A stretch of DNA of 64,000 bases, taken from the NCBI GenBank assembly GCA_947378555.1, contig CANCKM010000001.1:55372-119371 (forward strand), in the 5' to 3' direction. Below, in pieces: positions 50,912 to 61,204 of the stretch (positions within the stretch are counted from its first letter, which is position 1; each line of letters opens with the position of its first letter). The notes beneath the pieces were generated by a model. That model was given only the letters and a program-made list of their open reading frames with translations. It was not told where the DNA came from and made no database searches. A program made the translations under genes and the position numbers. Origin of the DNA: Microbacteriaceae bacterium (GTDB lineage Bacteria > Actinomycetota > Actinomycetes > Actinomycetales > Microbacteriaceae).

Positions 50912-51376
50912 TTATGCGGCGAGTGTTGACAATGCGCGGTCATATTCTTCGAGCGATCGGGCTTGGCCCGGAGCTGTGATGAACTTGGACACTAATTTTC
51001 CGTCAATGTCGACAACGAATGTGGCCCGATTGGCGATACCGGCTTCTTCAAGGAACACCCCGTATTGCTTGGCAACTCCACCGTGTGGCCAAAAATCGGC
51101 TAGCACCGAGAACTCATAGCCCTCTTCTTCGGCATATTTCTTCTGAACGAACTTTGAATCCACTGAGATTGCCAGCAGTTCTAAGTTCTCGTTCTGAAAG
51201 CGTGCGAAGTTATCGCGAATTTCACAGAGTTCACCAGTGCAGATCCCACTGAACGAAAGCGGGTAGAACACCAGTACAACTGGCTTCTTTCCCTGAAAGT
51301 CGCTCAACTTAACAGTTTCACCGAACTGGTTGACGAGTTCGAAGTCTGGAACAGAATCACCGATAAGCAAGGACAT
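50912..51376 (-). CDS. Peroxiredoxin (AhpE-like)
   Basis: FYPLSFSGICTGELC (PxxxSxxC), DFWPHG and RATF motifs. Confidence 0.9.
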   Translation of the reverse strand: MSLLIGDSVPDFELVNQFGETVKLSDFQGKKPVVLVFYPLSFSGICTGELCEIRDNFARFQNENLELLAISVDSKFVQKKYAEEEGYEFSVLADFWPHGGVAKQYGVFLEEAGIANRATFVVDIDGKLVSKFITAPGQARSLEEYDRALSTLAA

Positions 51377-51542
51377 TTTTTATTCTCCAAAATCAAGGTT
51401 TTCAATAGACAGAGGTTGAAACTGACAAACTCGCGCTTAACTTCCCTCGCGCACAATAAACTCTATTGAGGCTATACCCCCAGCCACGACGATCTTTGCA
51501 AATCCCCCCAAAAATGGGATGTCACTCAGAAAGAGGATTCCG

Positions 51543-54269
51543 GTGTCCATCAACAATAATGATGCCTATGCGGTAACCAAGCCAGACCAAGACCCACAGG
51601 AAACCTCTGAGTGGCTTGAATCGCTCGATGCCGTAGCTCGTGTGCACGGCCGAGAAAGAGCCAGAGAAATCATGCTCAACCTGCTTCGCAGGTCGAATGA
51701 GTTGCAGCTCAATGTTCCGATTGTGCCAACCACCAACTACATCAACACGATTGATACCGCCAGCGAACCGGAGTTTCCCGGTGATGAGCAGATCGAACGC
51801 ACCTACCGCGCTTGGATGCGTTGGAACGCAGCGATGCTGGTTCACCGAGCCCAGCGCCCCGGTATTGGTGTGGGTGGCCACATCTCAACCTTTGCATCAT
51901 CAGCCTCACTTTACGAGGTCGGCTTTAACCACTTCTTCAGAGGTCAAGATCACCCAACCGGTGGTGACCAGGTCTTCATTCAGGGCCACGCTTCTCCTGG
52001 CCCATACGCCCGAGCATTCCTCGAAGGGCGCCTTAGTGCCGACCAACTAGATGGCTTCCGTCAAGAGAAGTCCCACGTCGGTGGCGGTCTATCGTCATAC
52101 CCGCACCCAAGACTGATGCCTGATTTCTGGCAGTTTCCAACGGTGTCCATGGGAATCGGCCCAATCAACGCTATTTACCAAGCCCAGTTCAACCGCTACC
52201 TTTCTGGTCGTGGCATCAAAGACTCGGCCGACCAGCATGTCTGGGCGTTCTTGGGTGATGGTGAAATGGACGAAGTGGAGAGCCGCGGAGCGCTTCAGCT
52301 AGCCGCCAACGACAAACTGGACAACCTCACATTCGTTGTCAACTGCAACCTTCAGCGTCTTGATGGACCAGTTCGAGGCAACGGAAAGATCATTCAGGAG
52401 CTTGAGAGCTTCTTTAGGGGTGCCGGCTGGAACGTTATCAAGGTGGTCTGGGGTCGCGAGTGGGACACCTTGCTTGCCAATGATCACGAGGGTGCTCTTG
52501 TAGACCTCATGAACAAAACTCCGGACGGTGACTACCAAACTTATAAGACCGAAGATGGCGCATTCGTTCGCGAGAACTTCTTCGGCAGAGACCCTCGAAC
52601 CGCAAAATTGGTCGAAGGTATGTCAGACGATCAAATTTGGAACCTAAAGCGCGGTGGCCACGACTACAAGAAGATCTACGCCGCTTACCAAGCAGCCATG
52701 AACCACAAGGGTCAGCCAACCGTCATTCTCGCGAAGACGATCAAGGGTTACACACTTGGAAAGTCCTTCGAGGGTCGCAACGCTACACACCAGATGAAGA
52801 AGCTAACTCTCGACAACCTCAAGCAGTTCCGCGACGAAACTCACGTTCCGATTACCGATGCGCAACTTGAAGAGAACCCTTATCAACCGCCGTATTTCCA
52901 CCCTGGCCAGGACGCACCTGAAATTCAGTACATGCAGGATCGCCGTCGTGAGCTGGGCGGATACATTCCTGAGCGTCGCAGCAAGTACGTGGACTTCTCA
53001 CTTCCAGAGGCCAAGGTTTATGACGTTGCCAAGGGTGGTTCTGGCACCCAGGCAGTAGCCACCACCATGGCGTTTGTGCGTCTCTTGAAAGACCTGCTTC
53101 GCTCCCCCGACTTTGGCTCAAGAATCGTGCCAATCATTCCTGACGAGGCCCGCACCTTTGGTATGGATGCCTTCTTCCCGACGGCAAAAATCTACAACCC
53201 GAATGGCCAGCACTACATTTCGGTGGACCGTGAGCTTTTACTCTCCTACAAAGAGAGCAGCGCCGGACAGATTTTGCATACCGGCATCAACGAGGCTGGC
53301 TCGATCGCAGCCTTTACCGCCGTTGCTACCAGCTACGCCACCCAGGGCCAGGCAATGATTCCGATCTATGTCTTCTACTCGATGTTTGGTTTCCAACGAA
53401 CCGCCGACTCGATTTGGGCAGCCACCGACCAACTTTCGCGTGGCTTCATGATTGGTGCTACCGCAGGCCGCACCACTCTGACGGGTGAGGGGCTTCAACA
53501 CGCCGATGGACACTCGCCACTGCTTGCCTCAACGAACACGGGCGTAATCAGTTTCGATCCGGCCTACGGCTACGAAATCGGTCACATCATGCGTTCCGGT
53601 ATCGAACGCATGTATGGCGGAAACCACGAGGATCCAAACGTGGTTTACTACATCACCGTTTACAACGAACCTTATGTTCAGCCAGCCGAACCAGCCGACG
53701 TCGATGCTGAGGGAATCACCCGCGGCATCCACCGCGTCAGCCGCAATGACGCAACTGGGCTAAAGGCTCAGATCCTGGCTTCCGGAGTCGCCGTTCCTTG
53801 GGCACACGAAGCCCAGCATTTGCTGCTGCAGGATTGGGGTGTTTCGGCTGACATCTGGTCGGTCACCTCATGGACCGAACTTCGCCGTGACGGCCTCAAA
53901 CAGGACCAGGAGAACTTCCTAAACCCGAACGAGCCGAAACGGGTTGCCTACCTAACCGAGAAGCTCGCCGATGCCCAAGGACCTTTCCTGGGAGTTAGCG
54001 ACTTCATGCATGCCGTGCAGGACCAGATTCGAAACTGGATTCCGGGTGAATACGCAACTCTTGGTGCCGATGGCTTTGGATTCTCAGACACCAGAGCAGC
54101 AGCCAGAAGGTACTTCAAGATTGACGGACCATCCATCGCGGTTCGGGTTCTTGAGCAGCTAGTTGCCCGCGGCGAACTTGATGCCTCTATTCCTCAGCAA
54201 GCCATTGACCGCTATCGTCTGCACGACGTTGCTGCGGGCACCTCTGGTTCGGCCGGTGGCGAAAGCTAA
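51543..54269 (+). CDS. aceE: Pyruvate dehydrogenase E1, homodimeric
   Basis: [31 protein letters not shown] and GEGLQH motifs; GTG 51543 after GAGGA (ATG at 51519 is an alternative). Confidence 0.96.
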   Translation: MSINNNDAYAVTKPDQDPQETSEWLESLDAVARVHGRERAREIMLNLLRRSNELQLNVPIVPTTNYINTIDTASEPEFPGDEQIERTYRAWMRWNAAMLVHRAQRPGIGVGGHISTFASSASLYEVGFNHFFRGQDHPTGGDQVFIQGHASPGPYARAFLEGRLSADQLDGFRQEKSHVGGGLSSYPHPRLMPDFWQFPTVSMGIGPINAIYQAQFNRYLSGRGIKDSADQHVWAFLGDGEMDEVESRGALQLAANDKLDNLTFVVNCNLQRLDGPVRGNGKIIQELESFFRGAGWNVIKVVWGREWDTLLANDHEGALVDLMNKTPDGDYQTYKTEDGAFVRENFFGRDPRTAKLVEGMSDDQIWNLKRGGHDYKKIYAAYQAAMNHKGQPTVILAKTIKGYTLGKSFEGRNATHQMKKLTLDNLKQFRDETHVPITDAQLEENPYQPPYFHPGQDAPEIQYMQDRRRELGGYIPERRSKYVDFSLPEAKVYDVAKGGSGTQAVATTMAFVRLLKDLLRSPDFGSRIVPIIPDEARTFGMDAFFPTAKIYNPNGQHYISVDRELLLSYKESSAGQILHTGINEAGSIAAFTAVATSYATQGQAMIPIYVFYSMFGFQRTADSIWAATDQLSRGFMIGATAGRTTLTGEGLQHADGHSPLLASTNTGVISFDPAYGYEIGHIMRSGIERMYGGNHEDPNVVYYITVYNEPYVQPAEPADVDAEGITRGIHRVSRNDATGLKAQILASGVAVPWAHEAQHLLLQDWGVSADIWSVTSWTELRRDGLKQDQENFLNPNEPKRVAYLTEKLADAQGPFLGVSDFMHAVQDQIRNWIPGEYATLGADGFGFSDTRAAARRYFKIDGPSIAVRVLEQLVARGELDASIPQQAIDRYRLHDVAAGTSGSAGGES

Positions 54270-55434
54270 GCAGCCAACACTCGAATGGTTGAGGTCAATC
54301 TCGGGTGAACTTGCCACGACTACTCTCAAACAGCTTGATCTTCTGCTCCCTTGGTATCGAGACATGGAGCCCGAACGTAAGTCTGCGGTCGGGCTGGTTG
54401 CTCAAACCGGCATAGGTTCATTTGTTGCGTGGTACGAATCCCCAGGGTCGCAACCTTGGGTAGCCGCGGATGTTTTTTCGACGGCACCGCGTGAACTGAT
54501 CCGAACCATCTCGCTTCTCGAGACTCTGCAGTTGATTCGAGTAGTAGTCGAGGTGGTTGAAGCTCGAGTGGTTCAAGAAAATCCGTCACTTCGTGAGGCG
54601 GTACTGCTCTACTCTCGGGAAATCGCCTTCTCCGCGGCCGACGTTTACGCTCGGGCAGCCGAGGCTCGAGGGTTGTGGGACGCCCGGCTTGAATCGCTTG
54701 TGGTGGATTCGATTCTGAGCGATGAAACCGAAGCCGAATTATCATCCCGGGTTGCGGCCCTGGGCTGGCGCGCCAAAGGCGAGGTTTCGGTGCTAATCGG
54801 CACAGCTCCTGAGCCTCTGGATCAAGAGTCTTTTAGGCGAGTGGCTCGAAAACTCGGTGCCGACATCCTGCTCGCGGTTCACGGAACCCGCTTGGTATTG
54901 GTGCTCGGTCAGTTGACCAATGCCGAAAACTCGACGATGGATGCTGAATCGCGATCCATGAAGGTCGCTGAGGCGCTAGTCGATCGATTTGCCCCCGGCC
55001 CGATTGTTGTTGGCGTTCCAGTGAAAACTGTCAGCCTAGCTCGAAGGTCGGCTAAAACCGCGCTGGCAGCCTTTAGCGTTGTGGAGAGTTGGCCCAAAGC
55101 ACCGAGACCGGTGTTTGCCGATGATCTGCTTGCCGAGCGGGCGCTTGCCGGCGACCAGTTGGCCAAGACGCGGCTTGTCGAGCGGATTTATGTTCCATTG
55201 ATTCAGAATTCCCTTGAGCTTCTGGAAACCCTTACCTGCTATTTGGATACTGGCAGGTCCTTGGAAGCGACGGCTCGAGAACTTTTTGTTCACCCCAACA
55301 CAGTTCGATATCGACTCAAAAGAATCACCGATCTAATCGGCTGGGACGCCACCGGGGCACGCGAATCGTTCGTGCTGCAAGTTGCGATTATCTTAGGCTC
55401 GATGTCGGAACATGAAAATAGAAAACGCAGGTAG
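54256..55434 (+). CDS. fasR: PucR-family regulator FasR (fatty-acid synthesis)
   Basis: [28 protein letters not shown]-terminal [15 protein letters not shown]; directly upstream of fabD. Confidence 0.85.
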   Translation: MAKAKQPTLEWLRSISGELATTTLKQLDLLLPWYRDMEPERKSAVGLVAQTGIGSFVAWYESPGSQPWVAADVFSTAPRELIRTISLLETLQLIRVVVEVVEARVVQENPSLREAVLLYSREIAFSAADVYARAAEARGLWDARLESLVVDSILSDETEAELSSRVAALGWRAKGEVSVLIGTAPEPLDQESFRRVARKLGADILLAVHGTRLVLVLGQLTNAENSTMDAESRSMKVAEALVDRFAPGPIVVGVPVKTVSLARRSAKTALAAFSVVESWPKAPRPVFADDLLAERALAGDQLAKTRLVERIYVPLIQNSLELLETLTCYLDTGRSLEATARELFVHPNTVRYRLKRITDLIGWDATGARESFVLQVAIILGSMSEHENRKRR

Positions 55435-55443
55435 GTTAAACCC

Positions 55444-56370
55444 ATGATTGTTATTGTTTGCCCAGGTCAGGGCGCCCAAACCCCAGGCTTCATGACTCCG
55501 TGGCTGGAGGTGGCCGAGTACCGCGCATCCATCGAAGAAATGCAGCTTCACTCTGGCCTGGATTTGCAGGGGCATGGAACCGTCAGTGATGCCGAAACCA
55601 TTCGCGACACTGCCATTGCTCAACCCTTAATCGTGGCTAGCGGGGTTGCCACCATTGCATCGATCGCGCTTGGCACCGCACTTAGTGACCTGGGAGTTGC
55701 CGGAATAGCGGGTCATTCGGTTGGCGAAATAACGGCCGCCGTTGGCTCTGGAATTCTCAGCCCAGCACAAGGAATTAGTTTTGTGCAAAATCGCGGGGTT
55801 GCCATGAAAGCGGTCGCCTCACTGGCGGCTACGGGAATGGCCGCGATTCTCGGTGGTGATTTGGCCGCCGTAGAAGCCAAACTGAATGAACTTGGACTAC
55901 AACCTGCTAACTACAACGGTGCTGGTCAAGTGGTGGCCGCGGGCCTAGTTGCAGACATCGAACGATTGGTCGCCGACCCACCTGCCGGGTCACGCGTTAT
56001 TCCACTGCAGGTGGCCGGGGCGTTTCACACCAAATTCATGGCAAGTGCCGTAAACACCATGGCCGAGATTGCGGCAGGCCTCGAAGTCGAGGATCCGGCA
56101 CTAAACATTTGGTCGAATTCCGCCGGTCAAATCGTTTCCTCAGGCCGCGATTACCTAAACCTCATGGTCAGCCAAATCTCGAACCCGGTTCGCTGGGATG
56201 AGTGCATGCGGAGTATGGTTTCGGCCGGGGTGACCGCCCTGATTGAGGTGGCACCCGCTGGCACACTCGTAGGACTCGCCAAGCGTGCGATGCCAGGAAT
56301 CGAGACCTTGGCACTCAAATCACCAGATAACCTTGACGCAGCGCGCTTGCTAATCAAGAATCACAGCTAG
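55444..56370 (+). CDS. fabD: Malonyl-CoA:ACP transacylase
   Basis: PGQGAQ, GHSVGE and AFHT motifs. Confidence 0.95.
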   Translation: MIVIVCPGQGAQTPGFMTPWLEVAEYRASIEEMQLHSGLDLQGHGTVSDAETIRDTAIAQPLIVASGVATIASIALGTALSDLGVAGIAGHSVGEITAAVGSGILSPAQGISFVQNRGVAMKAVASLAATGMAAILGGDLAAVEAKLNELGLQPANYNGAGQVVAAGLVADIERLVADPPAGSRVIPLQVAGAFHTKFMASAVNTMAEIAAGLEVEDPALNIWSNSAGQIVSSGRDYLNLMVSQISNPVRWDECMRSMVSAGVTALIEVAPAGTLVGLAKRAMPGIETLALKSPDNLDAARLLIKNHS

Positions 56371-56390
56371 TAAAGAACCGAGGAATCTTA

Positions 56391-57395
56391 ATGACTCACC
56401 CCGAGCTAAAGCAGTACACGCCCGTCAAGTACTCACGCATCTATTCTTTGGGGGCCGCACGTGGCGACTTGGTCGTCACCAACGAGGAGGTTGCCGGGCC
56501 AATAGATTCGAGCGATGAGTGGATTCGCCAACGTACCGGCATCATCACCAGACGACGCGCTTCAGCCTCCCTCAGCTTGATGGACATGGCAGAGCAGGCC
56601 TCGAACGAAGCCATCAAAAAGGCTGGGATTGACCCACAGGAGATTGGCGCTGTCATCTTCAGCACCATCACCCACCCGCACCAAACTCCCTCGGCTGCGG
56701 CGCTGTTGGCTGAGAAAATCGGAGCAAACCCGTCCCCCGCATTCGACATCTCCGCGGCCTGCGCCGGCTATTGCTATGGCGTTGCCCAAGCAGATGCTCT
56801 AGTTCGGTCGGGTATGGCCAAATACGTGTTGGTTATCGGCGGCGAAAAACTTTCGGACTTTATCGATCCAACTGACCGAAGCATTTCCTTCTTGCTCGGC
56901 GACGGAGCCGGAGCCGCCATCATCGGACCCTCAGACACACCTGGAATTTCTCCAACGGTTTGGGGTTCGGACGGCTCGCACTGGGATGCCGTTGGAATGA
57001 GCGCATCGCTGCTGGAACTTCGAGATGGCACCGCCACCTGGCCTACCCTTCGTCAAGAGGGGCAAACCGTCTTTCGTTGGGCAGTCTGGGAGATGGCAAA
57101 AGTTGCCAAGCGCGCACTTGAAGCCGCCGGAGTCGAGCCCGAAGATTTGAGCGCGATGGTCACCCATCAGGCGAACATGAGAATCATCGATGAACTTGCA
57201 AAGCAGCTGAAGTTGCCAGAATCGGTTGTGGTGGCTCGCGACATCGTTTACACCGGAAACACTTCTGCCGCCAGCGTTCCACTCGCCATGCATGCCCTCT
57301 TGGAATCAGGAGAGGTAAAGTCGGGCGGTTTGGCTTTGCAAATTGGTTTCGGCGCGGGGCTAGCATTTGGCGCTCAAGTGGTCGTCCTGCCCTAA
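56391..57395 (+). CDS. fabH: Beta-ketoacyl-ACP synthase III
   Basis: AACAG, HQAN, GNTSAAS and GFGAG motifs. Confidence 0.95.
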   Translation: MTHPELKQYTPVKYSRIYSLGAARGDLVVTNEEVAGPIDSSDEWIRQRTGIITRRRASASLSLMDMAEQASNEAIKKAGIDPQEIGAVIFSTITHPHQTPSAAALLAEKIGANPSPAFDISAACAGYCYGVAQADALVRSGMAKYVLVIGGEKLSDFIDPTDRSISFLLGDGAGAAIIGPSDTPGISPTVWGSDGSHWDAVGMSASLLELRDGTATWPTLRQEGQTVFRWAVWEMAKVAKRALEAAGVEPEDLSAMVTHQANMRIIDELAKQLKLPESVVVARDIVYTGNTSAASVPLAMHALLESGEVKSGGLALQIGFGAGLAFGAQVVVLP

Positions 57396-57435
57396 ACTGT
57401 ATTACGGTCAAACACCCATATTTAAGGAGATACCC

Positions 57436-57684
57436 ATGGCATTTTCACAGAGTGAAGTTCTAGCCGGACTAGCTGAAATCGTTAACGAAGAAACCGGCAT
57501 TGCCGCAGAGTCAGTACAGCTCGAGAAGTCATTCACCGATGACCTCGACATCGACTCAATCTCGATGATGACCATCGTCGTTAACGCTGAAGACAAATTT
57601 GGCGTAAAGATTCCAGACGAAGAAGTGAAGAACCTAATCACCGTTGGTGACGCAGTTAGCTTCATCTCAAGCGCACAGGCCTAA
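57436..57684 (+). CDS. acpP: Acyl carrier protein
   Basis: DLDIDSISM phosphopantetheine site; AAGGAG SD. Confidence 0.95.
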   Translation: MAFSQSEVLAGLAEIVNEETGIAAESVQLEKSFTDDLDIDSISMMTIVVNAEDKFGVKIPDEEVKNLITVGDAVSFISSAQA

Positions 57685-57690
57685 ACAACC

Positions 57691-58932
57691 TTGTCGAAAA
57701 AAATTGTTGTCACCGGAGTTGGCGCTACCACGCCACTCGGTGGCGATGTTGAATCCACCTGGAAGGCCCTCCTAGCGGGGGAATCCGGTGTTAGAACCAT
57801 TGAGGCCGACTGGATTGCCAAGTACGAGATTCCCGTCACCTTTGCAGGGCAGGCCAAGGTACCGGCCGCTCAGGTGCTGACGCTGCAAGAAGTCAAAAGG
57901 CTCGATCCATCGAGTCAGTTTGCACTGATTGCCGCACGCGAGGCTTGGGCTGACGCCGGCGCACCAGACGTGCTGCCGGAGAGACTTTCAGTCGAGTACG
58001 CGACTGGTATCGGTGGAGTCTGGACACTCTTGGACGCCTTCGACACCTTGAAGGAAAAGGGCCCTCGGCGAGTTTTGCCGATGACCGTTCCTATGCTGAT
58101 GCCTAACGGTCCAGCTGCTGCAATCGGTATGGACATTTCAGCCCGAGGCGGAGTTCGCACGGCCGTTTCAGCCTGCGCTTCAGGAACCGAAGCAATCGCC
58201 AACGCCCTCGAGCGACTTCGCAGTGGTTCGGTCGACGTGGTCATTGCTGGCGGCTGTGAGGCCGCAATCCACCCACTTCCGGTGGCTGCTTTTGCCTCAA
58301 TGCACGCGTTGTCTCGCAGAAACGACGACCCGGCCTCAGCATCTAGACCCTATGACGTAAACCGCGATGGATTTGTCATGGGCGAAGGAGCCGGCGCTCT
58401 GGTTTTAGAGACCGAAGAACACGCACTGGCTCGCGGAGCCAAAATTTATGCCGAACTGGTTGGTGGCTCGGTCACCTCAGACGCCCACCACATCACCGCT
58501 CCAGACCCATTGGGAATGGCTGCGGCAAGGGCGGTTGTCGGTGCACTAGAACAAGCCAACGCCAGCATCGATGATGTCGTTCACATCAACGCCCACGCAA
58601 CCAGCACGCCGGTTGGAGACATTGCCGAGTACACCGCCCTAAAGCGAGTCTTTGGCGACCATCTCAAGTCGATCGCTATTTCGGCAACGAAGTCGTCGAC
58701 CGGGCACCTGCTCGGTGGTGCCGGAGCCGTTGAAGCCATCTTCACCATCTTGGCGTTGAGGGACAGGGTCGCTCCCCCAACCATCAACCTAGACAACCAG
58801 GACCCCGCTATCGATCTAGATGTTGTTACCAGCCCAAGGACCCTGCCACAGGGGCCCATTCTGGCAATCAGCAACTCGTTCGGTTTTGGTGGGCACAATG
58901 CGGTTATAGCCTTCCGCAGTTATCACAACTGA
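57691..58932 (+). CDS. fabF: Beta-ketoacyl-ACP synthase II
   Basis: SACASG, HATST, GHLLG and NSFGFGGHN motifs. Confidence 0.95.
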   Translation: MSKKIVVTGVGATTPLGGDVESTWKALLAGESGVRTIEADWIAKYEIPVTFAGQAKVPAAQVLTLQEVKRLDPSSQFALIAAREAWADAGAPDVLPERLSVEYATGIGGVWTLLDAFDTLKEKGPRRVLPMTVPMLMPNGPAAAIGMDISARGGVRTAVSACASGTEAIANALERLRSGSVDVVIAGGCEAAIHPLPVAAFASMHALSRRNDDPASASRPYDVNRDGFVMGEGAGALVLETEEHALARGAKIYAELVGGSVTSDAHHITAPDPLGMAAARAVVGALEQANASIDDVVHINAHATSTPVGDIAEYTALKRVFGDHLKSIAISATKSSTGHLLGGAGAVEAIFTILALRDRVAPPTINLDNQDPAIDLDVVTSPRTLPQGPILAISNSFGFGGHNAVIAFRSYHN

Positions 58933-58942
58933 CACTGAAGAG

Positions 58943-58972
58943 AATGCCGCCTTTCGGGGCGGTATTTTTTTT
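58943..58972 (+). terminator. Intrinsic terminator after fabF
   Basis: AATGCCGCCT-TTCG-GGGCGGTATT stem-loop followed by a T run. Confidence 0.85.
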
Positions 58973-58990
58973 GAAAGGACCACTCGAATC

Positions 58991-59590
58991 ATGAGCAAAC
59001 TCTATTTTCGCTACGGCGCCATGAACAGCGGTAAGAGCACGGCGCTACTTCAGGTGGCCTACAACTACGAGGAGCGAAACCAGCAAATCCTCGTTGCCAA
59101 GCCGGCCATTGATACCAAGGGTGACCGAATGGTGCTGTCTCGCCTGGGAGTGAGTCGCGAGGTTGATTTGCTCGTGTTGCCTGAGTCCAACCTGCGTGAA
59201 AGTTTTCACGAGGTTGCCCGCAGCAGAGCCGCTCAAGGAGAGTCACCAATCGCCTGCCTGCTAATCGATGAGGCTCAATTTCTGAGCCGGCAGCAAGTTG
59301 ATGAGGCCCTTGAAATAGCAGTGCTTGACGGCATTCCAGTTCTGGCATACGGCATCAGAACCGATTTCTTGACCAACGGCTTTCCAGGAAGCCTAAGACT
59401 GATGGAAATAGCCCATTCACTTGAGGAACTCAAGACCATTTGCCGTTGCGGCCGAAAGGCAATGTTCAACGCCCGAAAGATCTCAGGTGCTTTTATCTTC
59501 GATGGCGATCAGGTTGCAATCGATGGTGAAACCGTGACCTACGAATCACTTTGCGCCACATGCTACATCCGTGAGAAGGGTAATTTTTAG
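58991..59590 (+). CDS. tdk: Thymidine kinase
   Basis: GAMNSGKST, IDEAQF, YGIRTDF, C.CG and Y.SLC..C motifs. Confidence 0.95.
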   Translation: MSKLYFRYGAMNSGKSTALLQVAYNYEERNQQILVAKPAIDTKGDRMVLSRLGVSREVDLLVLPESNLRESFHEVARSRAAQGESPIACLLIDEAQFLSRQQVDEALEIAVLDGIPVLAYGIRTDFLTNGFPGSLRLMEIAHSLEELKTICRCGRKAMFNARKISGAFIFDGDQVAIDGETVTYESLCATCYIREKGNF

Positions 59591-59593
59591 CGC

Positions 59594-61195
59594 TTGGATA
59601 CGTTGTTCACCGATGGACACTTTTGGGTTGGTCCGAGTTCTTCAGACTGGGTGACCGAGCTATTCGTATCTGCGGGTTTAGTAGCCCCAAGACCGCTAAA
59701 CTCCGAGGCGTTCACCACGGTCAGGCTCGGCGGCAAGTACGTTTATCCGAGTTTCAGAGACGGTCACGCCCATCCGCTTCAAGCCGCACGAGAAAATTTC
59801 GGGCCTAGGCTCACCGGATTGACTTCGATTTCCGAGATCATCGGAGCAATAAAAGTCTTTGCTGACGAGCACCCCGACACCGAATGGATAGTCGGTGGCA
59901 ACTATGACCGCGATTTGCTAGGCGATGGCCGATTTAAGGCGTCCTGGCTAGACGAAGCCGAACTCAATCGTCCCGTGGTTTTGCATTCCAGCGACCACCA
60001 TGCTCTTTGGCTAAACACGGAGGCCCTGCGCAGAAGGGGTTTGCTCACTTCGCAGCCAGCGTTGGAATCCGGCTCAATCGATGTCGATGAATCTGGCCGC
60101 GCCACCGGCGTGCTTCGCGAGTGGCCCGCCATGAATCTGGTTTTGCAGTCGCTGCCTCCGAGGAGCCGCAATGAGCGCCTCGCTGCCCTGAACTGGGCTC
60201 AGCACGAAATGCTTAGACACAGCATCACCGAGGTGCAGGACGCTTGGGTTGACGAGACCGATTTAGATACCTACCTGGCAGCCGCCGAGCAGAATCTGCT
60301 CAAGGTTCGCACTCATCTGGCATTCGTCCTAACCCCGACGAACTGGCGCACTGAAATCGAGCAACTTCGATTGTCGATGGATGCGGTCGAGGGTGCCAAA
60401 AATCCGCAACTCATTTTGAACAGTGCCAAAATATTTGTCGATGGAAGTTTTGGAAACGCCACGGCGGCCGTTCTAGAGCCATACCTTTCAAAAGATGGAC
60501 CATCCAATTTCGGCCAAGCGCTCTGGCAGCCAGACAATTTGGTGGAAGTCATTAGGGAGGTTCGGGCAGCTGGGCTTCAACCGCATCTACACGCAATCGG
60601 CGATGCTGCCATCAGGCTGGCTCTGGATTCGCTGGAGCAGGCTCAGGCTGCCGGAATGGCCCCGGCCAGCTTGCCTGCGGTAATAGCGCACAGCGAACTG
60701 ATCGCGGATTCCGACATCCATCGTTATAAGCAACTTTCTATCATCGCGAATCTTCAACCGCTTTGGGCTCGTCAAGATGACATGATGACCGGATCCGAGC
60801 TGAAGTTGGGCAACGAACGGACCCAACGCCTTTATCGAATGCGGGATCTTTTGGACTCGGGAGCAACGGTCAGCTTTGGAAGCGATTGGCCGGTTTCTGA
60901 CCTGAACCCCCTCCATGGAATCATGACCGCGGTAAGCAGACAGACCCCAGATGGGCGCCCTGAGGGCGGTTGGACGCCAGAACAACGATTGACCCTTAGC
61001 GAGGCTCTGCTGGCTTACAGTGACGGCACAGCGAAGCAGCTTGGGAGCATTTCGGGTGGAAGCCTTCAGCTCGGAAAATCTGCCGACTTCCAGGTCTTAG
61101 ATAAAAACGTTTTCGGCCTGCTACCCCTAGATTTACCCAATCTAGAGGTGCAGGCCGTCTACGTTGCAGGCGAGCTGGTTTACAACCGGCTCTAG
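59594..61195 (+). CDS. YtcJ-like metal-dependent amidohydrolase (Amidohydro_3)
   Basis: DGHAHP, KIFVDG, HAIGD, AHSE and GSDWPV motifs. Confidence 0.88.
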   Translation: MDTLFTDGHFWVGPSSSDWVTELFVSAGLVAPRPLNSEAFTTVRLGGKYVYPSFRDGHAHPLQAARENFGPRLTGLTSISEIIGAIKVFADEHPDTEWIVGGNYDRDLLGDGRFKASWLDEAELNRPVVLHSSDHHALWLNTEALRRRGLLTSQPALESGSIDVDESGRATGVLREWPAMNLVLQSLPPRSRNERLAALNWAQHEMLRHSITEVQDAWVDETDLDTYLAAAEQNLLKVRTHLAFVLTPTNWRTEIEQLRLSMDAVEGAKNPQLILNSAKIFVDGSFGNATAAVLEPYLSKDGPSNFGQALWQPDNLVEVIREVRAAGLQPHLHAIGDAAIRLALDSLEQAQAAGMAPASLPAVIAHSELIADSDIHRYKQLSIIANLQPLWARQDDMMTGSELKLGNERTQRLYRMRDLLDSGATVSFGSDWPVSDLNPLHGIMTAVSRQTPDGRPEGGWTPEQRLTLSEALLAYSDGTAKQLGSISGGSLQLGKSADFQVLDKNVFGLLPLDLPNLEVQAVYVAGELVYNRL

Positions 61196-61204
61196 CGTTT
61201 TGGT

